Positions 1 through 12,023 of a stretch of DNA of 37,479 nt are shown here, piece by piece. The notes under the pieces are model-generated. The model saw nothing but the letters and a program-made list of their open reading frames with translations. It did no database searches and was not told where the DNA came from. Position 1 is the stretch's first letter, and the number at the start of each line of letters is the position of its first letter. The translations under genes and the position numbers were made by a program. The DNA is from an uncultured Bacillota bacterium (GTDB lineage Bacteria; Bacillota; Sulfobacillia; JAMDAP01), in the NCBI GenBank assembly GCA_937868875.1, contig CALMNP010000213.1:1-37479 (forward strand). The letters are read 5' to 3'.

Positions 1-902
<902 letters not shown>

Positions 903-940
903 TCATCCCTCCTGGGTCAAAATCCCCTGGACGGGGTCCA

Positions 941-2185
941 CTACATCCGTTGAATGATCGCGTCCGCGAACTGGCTGCACTTGACCTCGGTAGCGCCGGT
1001 GGCCAGGCGAGCAAAGTCGTAGGTCACGACCTTTTCCTTGATGGTCTTCTCCATGGCCTTGATGATGGTCTCGGCGGCCTCAAACCAGCCCATATGCTCG
1101 AACATCATGACGCCGGAGAGGATCTCGGAGCCCGGGTTTACTTTGTCCTGGTTGGCGTACTTCGGTGCAGTGCCGTGCGTCGCCTCAAAGACGGCGTATT
1201 CGTCGCTGATGTTGCCGCCGGGGGCGATGCCGATGCCGCCCACCTGGGCGGCGGCGGCGTCCGAGAGATAATCGCCGTTGAGGTTCGGTGTGGCGATGAC
1301 GTCGAACTCCTCTGGTCGGAGCAGCAGCTGCTGGAAGGTGATGTCGGCGATGCGGTCGCGGACCAGGATCTTGCCGGCCGGCATCTTGCCGCCGAACTCG
1401 CTCCACAGCTCGTCTTCCGTGACGATGTAGTCGCGGAACTCGCTGGTGGCCACCTCGTAGCCCCAGTCGCGGAAGGCGCCCTCCGTGAACTTCTGGATGT
1501 TGCCCTTGTGCATGATGGTGACGGACTTGCGCTTGCGGTCAATGGCGTAGCGGATGGCGGCGCGGATGAGGCGCTTGGAGCCGAACTCGGAGATAGGCTT
1601 GATGCCGATGCCGGAGTCCGGACGGATGTTCTTGCCCATTTCCTTGTTGAGGAAGTCGATCACCTTGCTGGCCTCGGGCGTGCCTTCCTTCCACTCGATG
1701 CCGGCGTAGATGTCCTCGGTGTTCTCACGGAAGATGACGATGTCGATCTTCTCCGGGGCCTTCACCGGGCTGGGAACGCCCTCAAACCAACGCACCGGCC
1801 GCAGGCAGACATAGAGGTCCAGGATCTGCCGCAGGGCCACGTTGAGCGAGCGGATGCCGCCGCCGACCGGAGTGGTCAGGGGGCCCTTGATGCCCACGCG
1901 GTAGTCCTTAAAGGCGGTAATGGTATCCTCCGGCAGCCACTCGCCGAAGGTATTGAAGGCCTTCTCGCCGGCGTAGACTTCGAACCACTCAATCTGGCGC
2001 TTACCGCCGTAGGCCTTGGCCACGGCCGCGTCAAAGACGCGGACGGAGGCGCGCCAGATGTCGGGGCCGGTGCCATCGCCCTCGATGAACGGAAGGATCG
2101 GGTTGTCCGGAACGTTCAGCTTGCCGTTCTGAAATGTAATCTTCTGGCCCTGGGTCGGCGGCTTCAGCTTCAGGTACTTGCTCAC
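941..2185 (-). CDS. icd: NADP-dependent isocitrate dehydrogenase
   Basis: Motifs [59 protein letters not shown]. Start moved from 2221 to the GTG at 2185, which follows a GGGGGAG RBS. Confidence 0.97.
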   Translation of the reverse strand: MSKYLKLKPPTQGQKITFQNGKLNVPDNPILPFIEGDGTGPDIWRASVRVFDAAVAKAYGGKRQIEWFEVYAGEKAFNTFGEWLPEDTITAFKDYRVGIKGPLTTPVGGGIRSLNVALRQILDLYVCLRPVRWFEGVPSPVKAPEKIDIVIFRENTEDIYAGIEWKEGTPEASKVIDFLNKEMGKNIRPDSGIGIKPISEFGSKRLIRAAIRYAIDRKRKSVTIMHKGNIQKFTEGAFRDWGYEVATSEFRDYIVTEDELWSEFGGKMPAGKILVRDRIADITFQQLLLRPEEFDVIATPNLNGDYLSDAAAAQVGGIGIAPGGNISDEYAVFEATHGTAPKYANQDKVNPGSEILSGVMMFEHMGWFEAAETIIKAMEKTIKEKVVTYDFARLATGATEVKCSQFADAIIQRM

Positions 2186-2260
2186 GCGAAGACTCCCCCC
2201 ACTGGAATGTAAGCCAAGCACTGGGTCCGCTCCGGGAGTAGGCGGTAGACTGCCCCACCC

Positions 2261-2292
2261 AAAAACATAGCCACGGCGAATAGGCCGTGGCT
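2261..2292 (-). terminator. Rho-independent terminator inside the icd 5' leader
   Basis: Minus-strand AGCCACGGC-CTATTC-GCCGTGGCT is a 9-bp perfect stem followed by ATGTTTTT. Confidence 0.7.
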
Positions 2293-2395
2293 CAGGTCGT
2301 CAGGGCGTTGGCCTCGTCACACCTCTTGGGGCGGCCCCAGGCACTTTAGCCCGAGGAATGGCTCAACGGGACACAAAGGTTGGAAAAGCAACCTC

Positions 2396-2425
2396 ATTAT
2401 ACACATGTGCGAAAAAACACGTCAA
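2396..2425 (-). promoter_or_regulatory. SigA-type promoter for the icd-mdh leader
   Basis: TTGACG (2425-2420), 18-nt spacer, TATAAT (2401-2396), in an AT-rich patch. Confidence 0.75.
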
Positions 2426-2463
2426 TAAATCATTCGCTTGCGATAGTGAGTCGGGGCGAGGGC

Positions 2464-2631
2464 CTAGCGTTCCTCTGAGACGGCGCGTTCCAGCCGCTTC
2501 AGTTCGGCCTCCAGGCGCCGCTGGCGGCGGGCCAGGAACCAGATGTAGCCGAACAGCGCCGCCCAGATAACGGCGTAACCGGCGAACAGAAACTGCAGGG
2601 TGCTGGATGAAACAAAGCCAGGTTCAGTCAT
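2464..2631 (-). CDS. ccmD: Heme exporter small subunit CcmD (55 aa)
   Basis: Too short for the ORF track. Translates as MTEPGFVSSSTLQFLFAGYAVIWAALFGYIWFLARRQRRLEAELKRLERAVSEER: one TM helix with the GY motif plus a charged tail, starting 6 nt after the ccmC stop. Confidence 0.85.
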   Translation of the reverse strand: MTEPGFVSSSTLQFLFAGYAVIWAALFGYIWFLARRQRRLEAELKRLERAVSEER

Positions 2632-2637
2632 GGCTTC

Positions 2638-3330
2638 TCACCTCCGAAGGTCCCGCTTGAGAGCGGCGGCGCGCTCCGCCAGCGTCTCCAGGCGGACGCG
2701 GTAGCTGAGCAGGAAGGCGTAGAGAATCGTGAAGGAGACGAAGGAGAACACCATCGTAAACACCATGCTGGGCTCCATGTTCATCTTGTCCGTCTGAATC
2801 AGCGTCGGGTGAATGGAGCGCCACCAGCGGGTGCTCATGAAGACGATGGGCACGTCCACGAATCCTATGATGCCGAAGACCGCTGCCAGCCGTGACTGCT
2901 GCTGGCTGCCCTCGGCGGAGGACCGGATGACCAGGTAGGCCAGGTAGATGAACCAGAGAATCAACGTGGTGGTCAGGCGGGGGTCCCAGCTCCACCAGGT
3001 GTTCCAGATGGGGCGGGCCCAGATGGGGCCGGTGATGAGGGTGATGGTGGTGAACACGACCCCGATCTCGGCGGAGCAGTAGGCCAGGGTGTCCCAGCGG
3101 TGGGATCCGCTGCGCAGGAAGGCGATGCTGGCCACGAACACCACCAGGAAGGCGAGGAACGCGTTCCAGGCGGACGCCACATGGAAGTAGAAGATTCGCT
3201 GCACGTCGCCCATGACGCGCTCAGCCGGCACCCACAGGAACACCAGGCCCAGCGCAACGAACACGGCCACGGCCGCGAGGAGGCCCAGCGTCTGCGTCAT
3301 GTCGCGCGCGGGGCCCTTGGCTTGGGGCAC
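2638..3330 (-). CDS. ccmC: Heme exporter/cytochrome c biogenesis protein CcmC
   Basis: WWD-domain WARPIWNTWWSWDPRLT, flanking His in YFHV and SIHP, hydrophobic helices, adjacent to ccmAB. Confidence 0.93.
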   Translation of the reverse strand: MPQAKGPARDMTQTLGLLAAVAVFVALGLVFLWVPAERVMGDVQRIFYFHVASAWNAFLAFLVVFVASIAFLRSGSHRWDTLAYCSAEIGVVFTTITLITGPIWARPIWNTWWSWDPRLTTTLILWFIYLAYLVIRSSAEGSQQQSRLAAVFGIIGFVDVPIVFMSTRWWRSIHPTLIQTDKMNMEPSMVFTMVFSFVSFTILYAFLLSYRVRLETLAERAAALKRDLRR

Positions 3331-3333
3331 GAC

Positions 3334-4023
3334 TCACACCTCCAGCAGATACTCGAAGAGGATAAAGGGAACGGCCAGGAAAATCAGGTCATAGGCCACC
3401 AGCAGCTTCAGCCAGATGGCGTAGTCCACAAGCCTCGCCCCCAGGAGGAGGCCGGCTGTGGACTTGACCGCCGCCATCACCACCGGCGTAATCACCGGAA
3501 AGACGATGATGGGCAGCAGGATCTCACTGGCCCGGGCCTGTGCCGCCAGGGCGGAAAGAAGCGTGCCCACGGCGATGAAGCCAAAGGTGGCGAGCAGCCA
3601 GATGGCCGCCAGCAGCCAGATGGATCCATCCAGCCGCATGTCAAAGAAGATGAAGAACAGCGGTGTCAGGACGACTTCGGAAGCGAGCATCACCAGCAGG
3701 TTGCCGATGACCTTGGCAAAGTAGATGGCGGAGCGGTCGAACGGCCCGAGCATCAGGGCCTGCAGACAGCCGTTCTGTTTCTCCGAGGCGAAGGACCGGT
3801 TCAAAGCCAGCATGCCGGCAAAGAAGAAGGCCACCCAGATCATGCCGGGGAAGACCTCGCGCAGGCCCTCCGGCGCCACGTCAAAGGCGAAGCTGAACGC
3901 CACCGCCACCAGCAGGGCGAAGATCAGCAGGGCGGAGAACATTTCCTTGGTGTGAAACTCGAGGCGCAGGTCCTTGACCAGCATGGCCCAAACGGCACGG
4001 GGAAAAGAGGGTTTCAAGGTCAT
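3334..4023 (-). CDS. ccmB: Heme exporter permease CcmB
   Basis: KDLRLE N-terminus, RSFASEKQNGCLQALML, EILLPIIVFP, multi-TM protein, translationally coupled to ccmA. Confidence 0.92.
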   Translation of the reverse strand: MTLKPSFPRAVWAMLVKDLRLEFHTKEMFSALLIFALLVAVAFSFAFDVAPEGLREVFPGMIWVAFFFAGMLALNRSFASEKQNGCLQALMLGPFDRSAIYFAKVIGNLLVMLASEVVLTPLFFIFFDMRLDGSIWLLAAIWLLATFGFIAVGTLLSALAAQARASEILLPIIVFPVITPVVMAAVKSTAGLLLGARLVDYAIWLKLLVAYDLIFLAVPFILFEYLLEV

Positions 4024-4730
4024 CCCACCAGGCCCTGATAGGTTTGAGCGAAGTCCTCGGGCGAGACCGGCCCATCCGAAAAATACCGCAGCCGGCCGCG
4101 GTAGAGGATGGCGGCCCGGTCTGCCGCCCGCAGCCCTTCGGCGAAGTCGTGCGAGATGAGGAAGATGGTGGTGCCGGCCGCCTTCGCCCGGTCCACCTCG
4201 TCGTCCAGCATGGCCACCGCTTTCTGGTCGAGTCCTGTGTATGGCTCGTCCAGGAGCAGCAGGTCCGGGTCGTGAAGGAGCGCGCGGGCGATGGCCAGGC
4301 GCTGAATCATGCCCCGGGAGAACGTCCGCACCGGGTCCCCGGCAAACAAGTCCAGGCCGACCTGGCTCAAGAGCTGGTCGGCCCGTTCGGCGGGCTGGGC
4401 AAGCCCGTAGAGCTGCCCGTAGAAGACGAGGTTTTCACGCGCCGACAGGGCGTCGTAGACGAAGGACTGGTGGGACAGGACGCCGATGCGCCTACGCAGG
4501 GCATCCTGATCCTCGCCCACGCGGCGGCCGTCCAGGTACAGCTCGCCGTTGCTGGGGCGGATGAGCATGGCCACCAGCTTCAGCAAGGTCGACTTGCCGG
4601 CGCCGTTGGGTCCGAACAGGGCCAGGCACTGGCCCTGATGGAGCGTAAAGCTCACGTCGTCAAGGACGTCGCGTTCTCCGTATCGCTTGGCCAGGTGGCG
4701 GGCTTCGATCAGCGGTGCCGCTTGCGACAT
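4020..4730 (-). CDS. ccmA: Heme exporter ABC ATPase CcmA
   Basis: Walker A GPNGAGKS, signature FSRGM, Walker B LLLLDEP, H-loop ISHD, directly upstream of ccmB. Confidence 0.92.
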   Translation of the reverse strand: MSQAAPLIEARHLAKRYGERDVLDDVSFTLHQGQCLALFGPNGAGKSTLLKLVAMLIRPSNGELYLDGRRVGEDQDALRRRIGVLSHQSFVYDALSARENLVFYGQLYGLAQPAERADQLLSQVGLDLFAGDPVRTFSRGMIQRLAIARALLHDPDLLLLDEPYTGLDQKAVAMLDDEVDRAKAAGTTIFLISHDFAEGLRAADRAAILYRGRLRYFSDGPVSPEDFAQTYQGLVG

Positions 4731-4734
4731 GCCG

Positions 4735-5703
4735 TCAGGCGCCTTTCAGCTGGTCCAGAACCGCCATCAGCTGCCGCTTCAACTCCAGGCGGCGATGCTC
4801 ATAAGCAACCGGGGCGATCCGGCCCAGCCCAAAATCTTGGTCCAGGTCGGAAATCTTCTCGACCAGGCGCTCCTTTTCCTGCTGCAGGCGCTGGCGCGGC
4901 AGGGGCAAGACCGCCTCCATGGTCGACGGAGGCCGGCGCCGAAACGCCATGAATCCCAGCCCGGCGGCCAAAGCCAGCAGTACGGGGACGCCGGCTTTCA
5001 GGACCTGTTTCAGCCAGGCCGGCTCGGGAATCGGTGTGGCGTTGACGGCGTCCTGTCCCGTCGGCGCGTACTGCAGGCTGAGGCGAAGTTCCTGGCCCGC
5101 CGGCGCCGCGTCGCGGGAGAACTGCTGCATGGTGCGCCCGGCCACGTCGGACTGCCCCTGGTCCGTCAGGGCCGTGTTGAGCGAGGGCGGAGCCGTCAGG
5201 GTGGTGGTGTCGGCCAGGACGGCCAGCCCGGCCGTGGCGTAGGGCAGGGGCTGAATGAAGGTCCCGGCCAGACCCGGTGCCGGCAGTTCAAACTGCACGC
5301 TGACCCGCACCGGACCATCCGTCCCCAGGCCGGGGCGATAGAGCAGCCCCCAGGCAGCCTGTGCCCATCCCGCTGGGTCCAGGTCGGACTCGATCTGAAC
5401 CTGGCGGGCCTCCGCCGGGAGCGGCAGAGGAAGGGGGCCCGTGGCCCGGCCATTGTGCAACAGCGTGAAACTCTCAAAGGCGCGCAGGGTGCCCGGCGCA
5501 TAGCTGAGCACCACCGTCACCACGTCCAGGCTGACGCCCGGCGGCACCACCGGCTGGGCCACCTCCTGCAGCGCCGGCTGCACGGGCAGCGATGCCGGGG
5601 CAGCGGCCTGTGCCGATCCGCCCTGCGGGGTCAGGGTCAGGATGGTGACGGCCGCGGCAAGGATCAGGGCGAGGCTGCAGGCCCGTCCTCCCGGGCGGCT
5701 CAC
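4735..5703 (-). CDS. Hypothetical membrane protein in the ccm operon (signal peptide, extracytoplasmic domain, TM helix, CcmI-like cytoplasmic tail)
   Basis: N-terminal hydrophobic leader ending SAQA, a second TM VPVLLALAAGLGFMAF, tail EKISDLDQDFGLGRIAPVAYEHRRLEL. Overlaps the upstream gene by 4 nt and ends 4 nt before ccmA. Confidence 0.7.
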   Translation of the reverse strand: MSRPGGRACSLALILAAAVTILTLTPQGGSAQAAAPASLPVQPALQEVAQPVVPPGVSLDVVTVVLSYAPGTLRAFESFTLLHNGRATGPLPLPLPAEARQVQIESDLDPAGWAQAAWGLLYRPGLGTDGPVRVSVQFELPAPGLAGTFIQPLPYATAGLAVLADTTTLTAPPSLNTALTDQGQSDVAGRTMQQFSRDAAPAGQELRLSLQYAPTGQDAVNATPIPEPAWLKQVLKAGVPVLLALAAGLGFMAFRRRPPSTMEAVLPLPRQRLQQEKERLVEKISDLDQDFGLGRIAPVAYEHRRLELKRQLMAVLDQLKGA

Positions 5704-6025
5704 GAGGGCCCACCCCCGCGGCGCACGGCCTTCTCGGCCTCGCGCTCCAGTTCAGTCAACGACCGGCGAACACGGCTGAGGGCCTCCAGCCTCTCCTGGT
5801 GGGAAGCGTCGTCCAGCTTGCCCGTCAGATGGTCGTACTCGAGTTCCTCCGCCTCCTCCTCCAGCCTGTGGACTGTGGCCTCGGTCCGTTCACCGACGGC
5901 CTCGCCCAGTCCGGGGAGGTGCGCCAGGCCCTGCCGATCGCCGGGGAGCCAGGGGCGAAGGCCGAGTGCCAGCAGAACCGCCATACCACCCAGGGGCAGC
6001 ACCCAGGGCGCGATGTTCATGGGGC

Positions 6026-6029
<4 letters not shown>
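5700..6029 (-). CDS. Small membrane protein resembling the CcmI N-terminal region
   Basis: One TM helix, then EEAEELEYDHLTGKLDDASHQERL. RBS GGAGG, and ATGA overlap with the ccmF stop. Confidence 0.7.
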
Positions 6030-8071
<2,042 letters not shown>

Positions 8072-8081
8072 GGCCGTCCCC

Positions 8082-8522
8082 CTACTGGGTCGCCGTCCGG
8101 CTGCCGGGGACGTTCCCGACTGCGGCGGCGGTCTGACTGGACTGGTACTTGCTGGGGCAGCTCAGCATGACCTTGTTGGCGAGGAAGCTGCCGGACCGGT
8201 CAAAACGCCCTTCCACGATGGCCTGTGTGGCCATATCCATGTTGTCAGGCTTGACCCCGTGGTAGACGATCGGCACCAGGCCGCCGTTCTGCCCCTTGAC
8301 GGAGAAGGTCAGAACAGGGCCGCTCAGGTCGAAGGACACCGTCGACGGGTCCAGAGCGCCGCTCATGCGGACCGGCTTGCCCGCCAGGGCGCTGCCCTGG
8401 GCCAGGGCTTCATCCACGGTGAGATAATACTGCTTTCCCTGGCCGAAGGCGTTGACAATCAGGAACGCCACGGCAGACAGGATAACCCCCACGGCAAGCA
8501 GGACTCGGGTCTGCTTCTTCAG
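8082..8522 (-). CDS. ccmE: Heme chaperone CcmE, Cys variant (CPSKY)
   Basis: KK plus TM anchor, YYLTVDE, VRMSG, VYHGVKPD, IVEG, then MLSCPSKY where canonical CcmE has HxxxY. Start is uncertain: CTG at 8522 with an RBS, or TTG at 8564. Confidence 0.9.
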   Translation of the reverse strand: MKKQTRVLLAVGVILSAVAFLIVNAFGQGKQYYLTVDEALAQGSALAGKPVRMSGALDPSTVSFDLSGPVLTFSVKGQNGGLVPIVYHGVKPDNMDMATQAIVEGRFDRSGSFLANKVMLSCPSKYQSSQTAAAVGNVPGSRTATQ

Positions 8523-8575
8523 GGCCCATCCCTCCCACTGTCCAGCCTTTATCTGTTTTTGCAAAGAAATACTAC

Positions 8576-8614
8576 AAAAAGGTGACGAGGCTATTATAGC
8601 ATAGCCCCGTCACC
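8576..8614 (-). terminator. Terminator after copZ with an extended -10 element inside it
   Basis: GGTGACGGGGCTA-TGCTATAA-TAGCCTCGTCACC forms a 13-14 bp stem with one G-U pair, followed by TTTTT. TGcTATAAT lies at 8601-8593. Confidence 0.75.
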
Positions 8615-8681
8615 CTCCTGTCAGGCAAAACCTTTCAAGCCGAGGGGCCTGCCCTCCAAAGGCGGGACAGGCAGCAGCCTC

Positions 8682-8891
8682 TTAGACCGCCATCGCGTAC
8701 CCGGCGTCCTCCACAGCTTCCTTCATCATGGCCGTGGAAGCGGTGGCCGGGTCGTAGGTAACGGTGGCTTCGCCCTTCGCCAGGTCGACCCTGGCTTCGC
8801 TCACCCCGGATACGCCCTTGAGGGCCCTGGTAACGGCCATGACGCAGTGGTTGCAGGTCATGCCCTTAACGGAAAAGGTCTTGGTCTCCAT
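8682..8891 (-). CDS. copZ: Copper chaperone CopZ
   Basis: 69-aa HMA domain with GMTCNHC and EDAGY, downstream of copA, RBS GGAGG. Confidence 0.93.
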   Translation of the reverse strand: METKTFSVKGMTCNHCVMAVTRALKGVSGVSEARVDLAKGEATVTYDPATASTAMMKEAVEDAGYAMAV

Positions 8892-8958
8892 GGAAGAACC
8901 TCCTTGTTATCAGGCCGCCGGTGGAGCCGCCGGCCGTGGATCACAATTTGAATGAGAA

Positions 8959-11520
8959 TCAGGCGTTGGCCCGACGCGGGTCATAGCGCTTGAGCAACAG
9001 GGAGTTGCTGACCACGCTGACCGAGCTGAAGGCCATGGCCCCTCCGGCGATGGCCGGCGACAGGTAGCCCAGGGCGGCGATGGGGATGCCGATGACGTTG
9101 TAGATAAAGGCCCAGAACAGGTTGAGCTTGATGGTGCGCATGGTCTTCTTGGAGAGCCGGATGGCGGCGGCGATGCCGCGCAGGTCGCCGGCCATCAGGG
9201 TCACGTCGGCGGCCTCGATGGCCACATCCGCGCCCGTACCGATGGCCAGGCCCACGTCGGCGGTGGCCAGGGCCGGGGCGTCGTTGATGCCGTCGCCCAC
9301 CATGCCCACCACTCGGCCCTGGCCCTTCAGTTTCTCCACCTGGCTGGCCTTGTCTTCCGGCAGCACCTCCGCCAGCACGTGGTCAATGCCCACCTGACGG
9401 GCGATGGCCTGGGCCGTCCGCCGGTTGTCGCCGGTGATCATGACCACCTCCAGGCCCATCCGCTTCAATTGGGCAATGGCCTCAGCCGAGTGCTCCTTCA
9501 CCGTGTCGGCCACGGCCACCAGGCCGGCCAGGCGGCCGTCCACGGCTGCCATCATGACCGTCTTTCCTTCACCTTCGAGAGCATCCATCCGCGCTTCGAC
9601 GGCGGCCGTATTCAGACCCCGTGCCGCCATCAGCTTGCGGTTGCCCACCACCAGGCTGCGGCCTTCCACCATGGCCTCTATGCCGTGGCCAGGGATGGCC
9701 TGGAAGCCTTGCGGCTCCTCCAACTTCAGGCCCCGGTCCCGGGCGCCCTGAACGATGGCCTGACCCAGGGGGTGCTCCGAGGATGTCTCGGCAGCGGCCA
9801 CCAGGCGGAGCAGTTCGTCGCCTTCCATCCCCTGGGCCTCGACATCGGTGACCTCGGGTTCGCCCTTGGTGATAGTGCCCGTCTTGTCCAGGACGATGGT
9901 GTTCAATTGGTGCGCCTTCTCCAGGTGCTCGCCGCCCTTGAAGAGGATGCCGGATTCGGCCCCCTTGCCCGTGCCCACCATGATGGCGGTGGGCGTGGCC
10001 AGACCCAGTGCGCAGGGGCAGGCAATGACCAGAACGGCCACCATGTTAAGAAGAGCCACCGTCAGCCGGTCGCCGTCCGGAATCCAGGCGGCCGGCACCA
10101 GGAAGTACCAGATGAGGAACGTAACGGCGCCGATGCCGATGACCACGGGCACAAAGACGTTGGACACCACATCGGCCAGGCGCTGAATGGGCGCTTTGGA
10201 GGCCTGGGCGTCCTCCACCATGCGAATGATCTGGGCCAGGGCGGTGTCCTTGCCGACCTTGGTGGCCTTGAACTTGAAGGCGCCGTGCTTGTTGATGGTG
10301 GCGCCGACCACCGGATCGCCCACGCCCTTCTCCACCGGCAAACTCTCGCCGGTGAGCATGGACTCGTCGACGGCGGACGACCCTTCGACCACCACTCCGT
10401 CCACCGGCACCTTCTCGCCGGGCCGGACCAGTACGATGTCGCCCACCGTCACGTCGTCAAGGGTGATGTCCTGTTCCTGGCCGTCTCGGATGACGCGCGC
10501 CGTCTTGGGCTGCAGGCCCATCAGCTTCTTGATGGCCTCGGAGGTGCGGCCCTTGGCCACAGCCTCCAACAGTTTGCCAAGCTGGATGAGAACCAGGATG
10601 ACGGCAGCGGCCTCGTAGTAGACCGGTACCATGCCGCCCATGCCGCTCCTGGCGTGCTCCGCCAGGGGGCTGAAGAACTGATTGTAGACACTATAGCCGT
10701 AAGCCGCCGTGGTGCCCATCGCCACCAGTACATCCATGTTGGCACTGCCATGGCGCAGGTTCAGATAGGCGTGGCGGTAGAAGGGTGCACCGGCCACCAC
10801 CTGAATCACCGTTCCCAGGAGGAACTGGAGCGTCAGGTTGGCCAGGATGGTGTGCAGGCCCAGGTTCTCCAGGACCATGTTGAGGAGCAAGGGAAGGGTC
10901 AGGATCGCCGAGAAGATGAAGAGCCGGGTCTTGCCGCGAACCTCGCGCTGGCGTGCTTCCTTCTCCGTGTCCACGCTGCCCTTGTCCTGCAGAAGGGCGG
11001 CGTGGTAGCCGATCTCCTCGACGGCACGCACCAACTGCTGCGGGGAGACCTGGCCGGCGGTGTATTCCACCGTGGCCCGTTCCGTGGCCAGGTTGACAGT
11101 CGCAGTGACGACTCCCGGGGACTTACGCAGGGCCTTCTCCACCCTGGCCACGCACGAGGCACAGGTCATGCCCTGCACACTAAGCGTGAGCTTCTCCGTC
11201 GCCACCCCGTAGCCCAGTTCCGTGACCACCTTCAGGAGGTCCTCGGGCTTGACGAGCTTGGGGTCGTAGTGGACGGCGGCCTTCTCCAGGGCGAGGTTGA
11301 CGTTGGCCTTGACCCCCGGGAGCTTGTTGAGTCCCTTCTCGATGCGGTTGGCGCAGGTGGCGCAGGTCATGCCGGTGATGCCAAAGGCCGCATGCTGGGA
11401 AGTGCCGGACTCATCCGGCGCCTCCGCCGGCACCGGCGGAAGGCTCAATTCGAGGCTGATTTCCTGTCGATCTTCCGTCTGGTTCTTGACGGACTCAGCG
11501 GTGTTGCTCATCTCATTCAC
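8959..11520 (-). CDS. copA: Cu(I)-translocating P1B-type ATPase CopA
   Basis: Two HMA domains (GMTCATC, GMTCASC), [26 protein letters not shown] and MAFSS. The true start may be the ATG at 11511. Confidence 0.96.
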   Translation of the reverse strand: MNEMSNTAESVKNQTEDRQEISLELSLPPVPAEAPDESGTSQHAAFGITGMTCATCANRIEKGLNKLPGVKANVNLALEKAAVHYDPKLVKPEDLLKVVTELGYGVATEKLTLSVQGMTCASCVARVEKALRKSPGVVTATVNLATERATVEYTAGQVSPQQLVRAVEEIGYHAALLQDKGSVDTEKEARQREVRGKTRLFIFSAILTLPLLLNMVLENLGLHTILANLTLQFLLGTVIQVVAGAPFYRHAYLNLRHGSANMDVLVAMGTTAAYGYSVYNQFFSPLAEHARSGMGGMVPVYYEAAAVILVLIQLGKLLEAVAKGRTSEAIKKLMGLQPKTARVIRDGQEQDITLDDVTVGDIVLVRPGEKVPVDGVVVEGSSAVDESMLTGESLPVEKGVGDPVVGATINKHGAFKFKATKVGKDTALAQIIRMVEDAQASKAPIQRLADVVSNVFVPVVIGIGAVTFLIWYFLVPAAWIPDGDRLTVALLNMVAVLVIACPCALGLATPTAIMVGTGKGAESGILFKGGEHLEKAHQLNTIVLDKTGTITKGEPEVTDVEAQGMEGDELLRLVAAAETSSEHPLGQAIVQGARDRGLKLEEPQGFQAIPGHGIEAMVEGRSLVVGNRKLMAARGLNTAAVEARMDALEGEGKTVMMAAVDGRLAGLVAVADTVKEHSAEAIAQLKRMGLEVVMITGDNRRTAQAIARQVGIDHVLAEVLPEDKASQVEKLKGQGRVVGMVGDGINDAPALATADVGLAIGTGADVAIEAADVTLMAGDLRGIAAAIRLSKKTMRTIKLNLFWAFIYNVIGIPIAALGYLSPAIAGGAMAFSSVSVVSNSLLLKRYDPRRANA

Positions 11521-11591
11521 CTCGCCGGCGAAGAGTTTGGGCAGGACTATTTTGCCCCGTGAAAGGCCCAGCGGTCCGCCGAAGATTGCAC

Positions 11592-11606
11592 TACCCTACT
11601 GGGGTA
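11592..11606. promoter_or_regulatory. CsoR operator
   Basis: TACCCTACTGGGGTA is a TACCC-N5-GGGTA pseudo-palindrome just downstream of the copA -10. It matches the C-tract/G-tract operator type known for Bacillus CsoR. Confidence 0.8.
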
Positions 11607-11616
11607 TCCTAGGTCC

Positions 11617-11645
11617 ATCATAGGAAAAGGGCGGCACGCTGTCAA
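11617..11645 (-). promoter_or_regulatory. SigA promoter of copA-copZ
   Basis: TTGACA (11645-11640), 17-nt spacer, TATGAT (11622-11617). Confidence 0.85.
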
Positions 11646-11657
11646 GGCCTGCCGCCC
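11625..11657 (-). terminator. Terminator after csoR, enclosing the copA -35
   Basis: GGGCGGCA-13 nt-TGCCGCCC followed by TTTT. Confidence 0.55.
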
Positions 11658-11698
11658 AATTTTCTCCAAAAACTATATCCTGGGAAGTACAGGAGTCT

Positions 11699-12001
11699 CT
11701 ACTTGACGAACTTGGACAGGACGTCCATGAGCTCCTGCACCGCCGGTTCACCCTGGTCCAGCTTGATGGCGCTGGAGACGCAGCCCCGCGTGTGCGATTC
11801 GATCAGGGCCAGACCCACCTTATTAAGGCCGGCCTTGACCGCCGCCACCTGCGTCAGAATGTCGACGCAGTAGCGACTTTCCTCAATCATGCGCTGCAGG
11901 CCGCGAACCTGGCCCTCGATCTTCCGCAGGCGATCGAGAAGGTCCTGGTTCTCGCGGTTGGAGCGAGAGCTATGATGAAGTTCGATGTTGACGTCGCTCA
12001 C
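11699..12001 (-). CDS. csoR: Copper-sensing repressor CsoR
   Basis: RLRKIEGQVRGLQRMIEE, YC...H..GC (C-H-C ligands). Start moved to the GTG at 12001 after GGGAG. Lies upstream of copA. Confidence 0.92.
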   Translation of the reverse strand: MSDVNIELHHSSRSNRENQDLLDRLRKIEGQVRGLQRMIEESRYCVDILTQVAAVKAGLNKVGLALIESHTRGCVSSAIKLDQGEPAVQELMDVLSKFVK

Positions 12002-12023
12002 GCTGACCACTCCCGAATGAACC

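Noticed and set aside
2305-2350. glmS-ribozyme-like words in the icd leader (AAAGTGCC...TGACGAGG on the minus strand)
   Set aside because: AGCGCC is not exact, the downstream core (TTATCGA...TCGGCGG) is missing, and the downstream gene is not glmS.
8524-8564. Frameshift or pseudogene reading of the ccmE 5' end, suggested by the out-of-frame ATG beside the RBS
   Set aside because: That ATG is only 1 nt from GGAGG, and the in-frame CTG gives a normal CcmE N-terminus.
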